Positions 59,274 to 64,000 of a DNA stretch of 64,000 nt are shown here, piece by piece; the stretch's first letter is position 1; each line of letters starts with the position of its first letter. The DNA lies in the NCBI GenBank assembly GCA_033763655.1, contig JANRKD010000001.1:64023-128022 (forward strand), written 5' to 3'. The notes beneath the pieces are model-generated. The model saw nothing but the letters and a program-made list of their open reading frames with translations. It was not told the DNA's origin and did not search any database. The translations under genes were made by a program, and so were the position numbers. The DNA comes from Alphaproteobacteria bacterium. Lineage in GTDB: Bacteria > Pseudomonadota > Alphaproteobacteria > Rickettsiales > UBA3002.

Positions 59274-60303
59274 GGTGCGGCCTTTCTTTGGGTGTTGTCA
59301 GGTGGTTTTTGCAGGCGCGGGCGAGGACCATCTCTTCGTCCGCAGGAATCACATGCACCGGGAAATCCCCCGCCCAGCGCAGCAATTGGGTGATTCTTTC
59401 GCGCACGGTAGCCGCATGTTCGCCGATGCCGCCGGTGAACACCAGGCCGTCGATGCCGCCCAACGCCGGCAGCAGGGCGGCGATGGCTTTGGCCGCCATG
59501 GCGCCATAAAGCGCCACTGCCTCCTGCGCCGCCGGGCTGCTATCGGCCAGCAAGGCGCGCATGTCGCCGCTGATACCCGAAACGCCCCTGAGGCCGGATT
59601 CATGGTAGAGAATCCGGGTTAATTCGGGCAGGCTCATCCGCCCTTCGCCGAGCAGGTAGAGCAACACGCCCGGGTCGATCGCGCCGCAGCGCGTGCCCAT
59701 CATCAGCCCGTCGAGCGTGGAGAATCCCATTGTGCTGGCGACGCTTTTCAGGTCGTGCAGGGCGCAGGCGGAAGCGCCGCCGCCCAGATGCGCCACCACG
59801 ATGCGTCCACGCGCCGCATCCCCCATCACGCCCGGCAGGACATCGGCCACATGCTGGTAGGAAAGCCCGTGGAACCCATAACGCAGAATCCCCTGATCAT
59901 GCAGGGCGCGCGGCAGGGCGAAGCGGCGCTCATCCTCACGCATCGTGTGGTGGAACGCGGTGTCGAAACAGGCGATGTGCGGCACGGCGGGATAGCGTTC
60001 CTGCGCCGCCTCGATGCAGGCCAGCGCCGCAGGCTGGTGCAAGGGCGCCAGCGGAATATAGCTGCGCAGTTTTTCCTGAACGCCCGGTGTGATAATGACC
60101 GGCTGCGTGAAATCCAGCCCGCCATGCACCACGCGGTGGCCGATTGCGACGACCTCCTGATTATCCGCGCCATGCAGCCATGCGAGGGTGGTAGCCGTAT
60201 CGAACGTCGTCGCCTGCCGGGTGCGTGCGAGGGTGCGCGCATCGAAAGCCGCCAGCTTGGTGTTGCTGGAACCGGCATTGCAGGTGAGGATGACGCCGTT
60301 CAT
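59239..60303 (-). CDS. ackA: Acetate kinase
   Basis: LTCNAGSSNTK, HRVVHGG, GFHGLSY, VAHLGGGAS, GTRCGAIDPG, FTGGIGEHA. Start at ATG 60303 (ATGA overlap with pta). Confidence 0.85.
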   Translation of the reverse strand: MNGVILTCNAGSSNTKLAAFDARTLARTRQATTFDTATTLAWLHGADNQEVVAIGHRVVHGGLDFTQPVIITPGVQEKLRSYIPLAPLHQPAALACIEAAQERYPAVPHIACFDTAFHHTMREDERRFALPRALHDQGILRYGFHGLSYQHVADVLPGVMGDAARGRIVVAHLGGGASACALHDLKSVASTMGFSTLDGLMMGTRCGAIDPGVLLYLLGEGRMSLPELTRILYHESGLRGVSGISGDMRALLADSSPAAQEAVALYGAMAAKAIAALLPALGGIDGLVFTGGIGEHAATVRERITQLLRWAGDFPVHVIPADEEMVLARACKNHLTTPKERPHHEQRCNNLSTG

Positions 60304-61700
60304 ACGGCCTTTGCCCGCGCATAAAGCAGGGCCAGCGCGCACGAGGCAATCCGTGAATCAATGTCGCCCGAACGGCTGGTGAGAATAATCGGCACCTTCG
60401 CGCCGAGCACAATGCCCGCCCCCTGCGCGCCGGAGAAATAGCGCAGTTCCTTATACAGCATATTGCCCGATTCGATGTCGGGCGCGACGAGGATATCCGC
60501 ATCGCCCGCCACCGCCGATACGATGCCCTTCACCGTCGCCGACTCGCGCGAGACGGCATTGTCGAACGCCAGCGGCCCGTCGAGCAGGCCGCCGGTAATC
60601 TGCCCGCGCTCGGCCATTTTGCATAGCGCCGTGGCATCGAGCGTCGAGGGGATTTTTTCGTTCACCATTTCCACCGCCGAAAGCAGCGCCACCTTCGGCA
60701 CCCCAAGCCCAAGCGCGGCAAACAGGTCGATGGCGTTCTGCACCATGTCTTTCTTTTCCATCAGGTTCGGCTTGATGTTAATCGCCGCATCGGTGAGGAA
60801 CAGCGGCTTGGGATAGCTCGGCACGTCGAGCACGAACACATGGCTCATGCGCCGCCCCGTGCGCAGCCCGTGCTCGCGGCTGATCGCCGCTTCTATCAGC
60901 TCATCGGTATGCAGCTTGCCCTTCATCAGCGCCTCAACCTCGCCGTTTCTGGCCATCTCGACCGCTGCTGCCGCCGCCGCATGGCTGTGCGGCGTGGAAA
61001 CAATCCTGTAGGCGGAAATATCGATATGCGCGTCCTGCGCCGCTTTCCTGATTTTCGCCTCCGGCCCGACCAGCACCGGCGCGATGATGCCTGCTTTCGC
61101 CGCCGCCACCGCCCCCGAGAGCGACAGCATATCCACCGGATGCACCACCGCCACCGTGAGCGGCGGCATCCCGGCGATTTTATCAATCAGCCATTGCTCG
61201 TAATTATGCGACGGCGTTTTCATCTGCACGTCAGGCAGCGCGGTGGCCTGCCATGCGATTTGCCTAGTCGGCGCCAGCACCAGCGCCTCGCCTTCAAGCA
61301 CATGCTCGCCGCGCTGGTTCGCGCAGAGTGTGCGGAAGGTGATATGCTTGTGCGCGTCATCTTTTTTGATCACGGTGACGGAAGCGGTAATCATATCGCC
61401 CAGATGCACGGGTTTGAGGAAATTAAGCGTCTGGCGCAGGTAAATCGTCCCCGGCCCGGGCAATTGCATCCCAAGCAGCACCGAAAACATCGACCCCGTC
61501 CACATGCCGTGCCCGACAATCTGCTGGAAAATATCGGTCTTGGCATAGGCCTCGTCGAGATGCGCGGGGTTCATATCGCCGGTGACTACCGCAAAGAGTT
61601 GAATATCGCGTTTACTGAGCATGCGCGTCAGCGTGGCGGAATCGCCCAGCGCAATCTGGTCGTAGGTCTTGTTGGTAATGCAGGCCTCGGGGGTAATCAT
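60300..61700 (-). CDS. pta: MaoC-like hydratase / phosphate acetyl(butyryl)transferase fusion
   Basis: N-terminal hot-dog domain (FAVVTGDMNPAHLD) plus a C-terminal PTA_PTB-like domain. Coupled to ackA. Confidence 0.8.
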   Translation of the reverse strand: MITPEACITNKTYDQIALGDSATLTRMLSKRDIQLFAVVTGDMNPAHLDEAYAKTDIFQQIVGHGMWTGSMFSVLLGMQLPGPGTIYLRQTLNFLKPVHLGDMITASVTVIKKDDAHKHITFRTLCANQRGEHVLEGEALVLAPTRQIAWQATALPDVQMKTPSHNYEQWLIDKIAGMPPLTVAVVHPVDMLSLSGAVAAAKAGIIAPVLVGPEAKIRKAAQDAHIDISAYRIVSTPHSHAAAAAAVEMARNGEVEALMKGKLHTDELIEAAISREHGLRTGRRMSHVFVLDVPSYPKPLFLTDAAINIKPNLMEKKDMVQNAIDLFAALGLGVPKVALLSAVEMVNEKIPSTLDATALCKMAERGQITGGLLDGPLAFDNAVSRESATVKGIVSAVAGDADILVAPDIESGNMLYKELRYFSGAQGAGIVLGAKVPIILTSRSGDIDSRIASCALALLYARAKAV

Positions 61701-61725
61701 GGGGTTCTTCCCTTCATCCGTTGCG

Positions 61726-62499
61726 TTAATCCATCACTTCGTAGCCGCCATCAATCAGGTGGACGCCGCCGGTGATATTTTTTGCCAGATCGCTGACCAG
61801 AAACGCCGCCATGGCGCCGACATCCTCGATAGCAATCCGCCGGTGCAGGGGCGTTTTCAGGGCGGCGGCCTCCAGCAGCTCGTCGAAATGGGCGATGCCC
61901 GACGCCGCGCGCGTTTTCAGGGCGCCGGGCGACAGGGCGTTCACGCGGATATTTTTCTCGCCCAGTTCCGCCGCCAGATAGCGCACACTGCTTTCGAGCG
62001 CGGCCTTGACCGGCCCCATCAGCCCATAATGATTCACCACCTGCGCTGCCCCCATATAGCTCACTGTCAGCAGGCTGCCGCCTTCTGTCATCAGCGGTTC
62101 GGCGCAGCGGGCCATGCGGATGAACGAGTGGCAGGAAATATCCATCGCGGTGAGGAACCCCTGCGATGAGCAATCCGTCACGCGGCCCTGCAAATCTTCC
62201 TTCGGCGCGAAGGCAATCGAATGCAGGAGAAAATCGAGCCGCCCCCATTGCTGCCCGATCGCCTCGAACACCGCGCCAAGCTGCGCCGCGTCGCGCACGT
62301 CGCACGGCAGGATCATCGGCGCGGCCAGTTCTTCCGCCAGTGGGCGCACATGCGGCTCGGCCTTTTCGTTCAGGTAGGTGACAGCCAGCGCCGCCCCCGC
62401 CTGCTGAAACACGCGGGCGCAGCCATAGGCAATGCTCTGCGCGTTGGCGATGCCGACGACGAGGCCTTTCTTACCTTGCAGATCGAGGATGGCAGTCAT
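61726..62499 (-). CDS. fabI: Enoyl-ACP reductase
   Basis: GIANAQSIAYG ... SYMGA ... Y..MG.VKAALE pattern. Confidence 0.9.
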   Translation of the reverse strand: MTAILDLQGKKGLVVGIANAQSIAYGCARVFQQAGAALAVTYLNEKAEPHVRPLAEELAAPMILPCDVRDAAQLGAVFEAIGQQWGRLDFLLHSIAFAPKEDLQGRVTDCSSQGFLTAMDISCHSFIRMARCAEPLMTEGGSLLTVSYMGAAQVVNHYGLMGPVKAALESSVRYLAAELGEKNIRVNALSPGALKTRAASGIAHFDELLEAAALKTPLHRRIAIEDVGAMAAFLVSDLAKNITGGVHLIDGGYEVMD

Positions 62500-62614
62500 G
62501 ATTCTCCTTCGCAGCGCCCGGTCGGCAGGTTACCATCGTTGCGGTGACTATAGGATGAAATACAGGAACTGGCCACCGAATATGATGCGCGCGGCAACGC
62601 CCTGCCTCATGCGG

Positions 62615-63250
62615 CTACAGGCCGAAGAATGCCGAGGCCGAAAGCAGCAGCCCCATCAGGAAAGCGGCGATGACCGTCGCGCTCAGCAGCGCCACCGTCA
62701 GCCCGAGGAGAACAAACAGCCCGTCGCGCTGGAGGATACCGATGGCAAACAGGCAGATCGCCAGCGCCGGGAAGGCATTGCCAAACGGTATCGGCATCGC
62801 AATCATCAGCGACAGGATAACGCACAGCAACGCAATCAGCCGCACGGCGGGCGGCGAAGTCAACAGCATCAGCCGCGGCGTCATCACATATTCCAGCTTG
62901 CGCATGGCGGGAACCATCCGGCTACAGACGCTGCGCAGGTGGGATGTCTTAATCCGGCGGCGGGCGACACCCCCCGGCAGCCACGGAGTTTCAAGCCCCA
63001 GCACCTGCTGGAACGTCACCCATAACAGCGGCAACCCGAGCAGCGCCGAAAGCCCCGGCGCGGGCACCGGAATCAGGTTGGGCAGGGCCAGCACCAGCAG
63101 CAAAATGCCATACGCCCGGCCCGCCAACGCCTCAAGAAGCGCGCCGACGGTGGTGTGTGACGACGGGAAACGATCCGGCAGAGTGGCAAGAATATCCGAG
63201 ATACGGCGGCCATTGAGCCCGCCTGCGGCAGAGGAAGGGGTGCGTTCCAT
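62615..63250 (-). CDS. exoD: ExoD-family exopolysaccharide synthesis membrane protein
   Basis: LLEALAGRAYGILLLVLALPNLIPVPAPGLSALLGLPLL. Start placed at ATG 63250. Confidence 0.75.
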   Translation of the reverse strand: MERTPSSAAGGLNGRRISDILATLPDRFPSSHTTVGALLEALAGRAYGILLLVLALPNLIPVPAPGLSALLGLPLLWVTFQQVLGLETPWLPGGVARRRIKTSHLRSVCSRMVPAMRKLEYVMTPRLMLLTSPPAVRLIALLCVILSLMIAMPIPFGNAFPALAICLFAIGILQRDGLFVLLGLTVALLSATVIAAFLMGLLLSASAFFGL

Positions 63251-63367
63251 AAAAATTCCCGGCTGGGTTCTCCGGTATGCTGCACCTGCGCATATCCGCA
63301 CGGCCAGGGCGCATCCGTTTTCAGCAGAAAGCACTATAGCGGCACGTCCGATAATCGCACGGATTAT

Positions 63368-63952
63368 TTATGCCGCCAGCGGTTTGAGCGCCAACCGCAG
63401 ATACTGCCGGGTCATTTGCGCATCCGTACCCGAGCGCGACCATATTTTGACCGCCAGCATGGTGATAAACAGGTAATGCGTCAGATTTTCGCTGGTTTCC
63501 CGAGTGACCAGTTGTTTGTTACGCCGCGCCTTCTTGACCAGCGCTTTGATCTGCAGGCGGATATAATCAAGCTTTTCCCGGATGTTCGCCGCCAGTTCGG
63601 GGTCGGCATTGGTCAGGTCATTCGCGGTCTGCACGAGGTAGCACCTGACAGGCATGGCGTCGTCGTCGCATTGCCCGGCAAGCGCATGGAACATATCGAG
63701 CAGGGCCAGCCGGGCGTTGTCGCGCGCCAGCAATGCCTCGAAATTGGGTTTTACATAGCGCTCGAAATAGCCGTCGAGCGTCGCCATGAAGATGGATTTC
63801 TTATCGCCGAAACTGTGATAGACCGACGCCACCGGCACACCGAGCGCCGCCGCAATATCGCGCATGGTGGTCGCTTCATAGCCCTTGCGCCAGAACAGGT
63901 GCATACTGTTCTCCAGCGCCTCTTTTTTACAGAAGGTAAGTTTACGCCCCAT
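63368..63952 (-). CDS. TetR-family transcriptional regulator
   Basis: GYEATTMRDIAAALGVPVASVYHSFGDK HTH. Confidence 0.85.
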   Translation of the reverse strand: MGRKLTFCKKEALENSMHLFWRKGYEATTMRDIAAALGVPVASVYHSFGDKKSIFMATLDGYFERYVKPNFEALLARDNARLALLDMFHALAGQCDDDAMPVRCYLVQTANDLTNADPELAANIREKLDYIRLQIKALVKKARRNKQLVTRETSENLTHYLFITMLAVKIWSRSGTDAQMTRQYLRLALKPLAA

Positions 63953-64000
63953 CGTGAATATACGCCTTATTTATTCCTGCATTGAACGGTAAGCCCCGCC

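Overview
The window is a GC-rich chromosomal segment with alphaproteobacterial-type gene order and protein sequences (inference; no finer taxonomy is claimed). The left core is mltG'-fabF-acpP-fabG-fabD (minus strand), rpsF-rpsR-rplI-dnaB, alr-mlaE-mlaF and radA-cvpA-purF-SDR. The right core is a phosphorelay cluster (response regulator / MHYT hybrid kinase / response regulator / Hpt), a GT2 glycosyltransferase, a P-type ATPase, osmC-ackA-pta-fabI, exoD and tetR.

A stand-alone tRNA-Ile(GAU) at 18753-18829 is followed by a lower-GC composite genomic island of about 30 kb (about 18.8-49.1 kb). The island holds three large serine recombinases (one frameshifted), ParB/RepB-like modules and several decayed genes. 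Its cargo looks like a defence island:
- a GIY-YIG + Mrr-like nuclease pair;
- a ParB-fused methyltransferase;
- a very AT-rich block with two uncharacterised genes (556 aa and 280 aa) convergent on an XRE-ImmA-HTH-m6A MTase-m5C MTase operon;
- a three-gene ubiquitin-like conjugation operon (tandem beta-grasp protein / E1-like adenylyltransferase / Cys-rich small protein);
- a 748-aa zeta-toxin-like kinase with an EF-hand.

Outside the island, a low-GC 849-aa adenosine-deaminase-like fusion protein sits alone between mlaF and radA. Several small repeat families are visible. One is a MITE whose ends donate stop codons and a Shine-Dalgarno sequence to neighbouring genes. No rRNA genes or CRISPR arrays were seen.

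All family names come from motifs read by eye and from memory. No searches were run.
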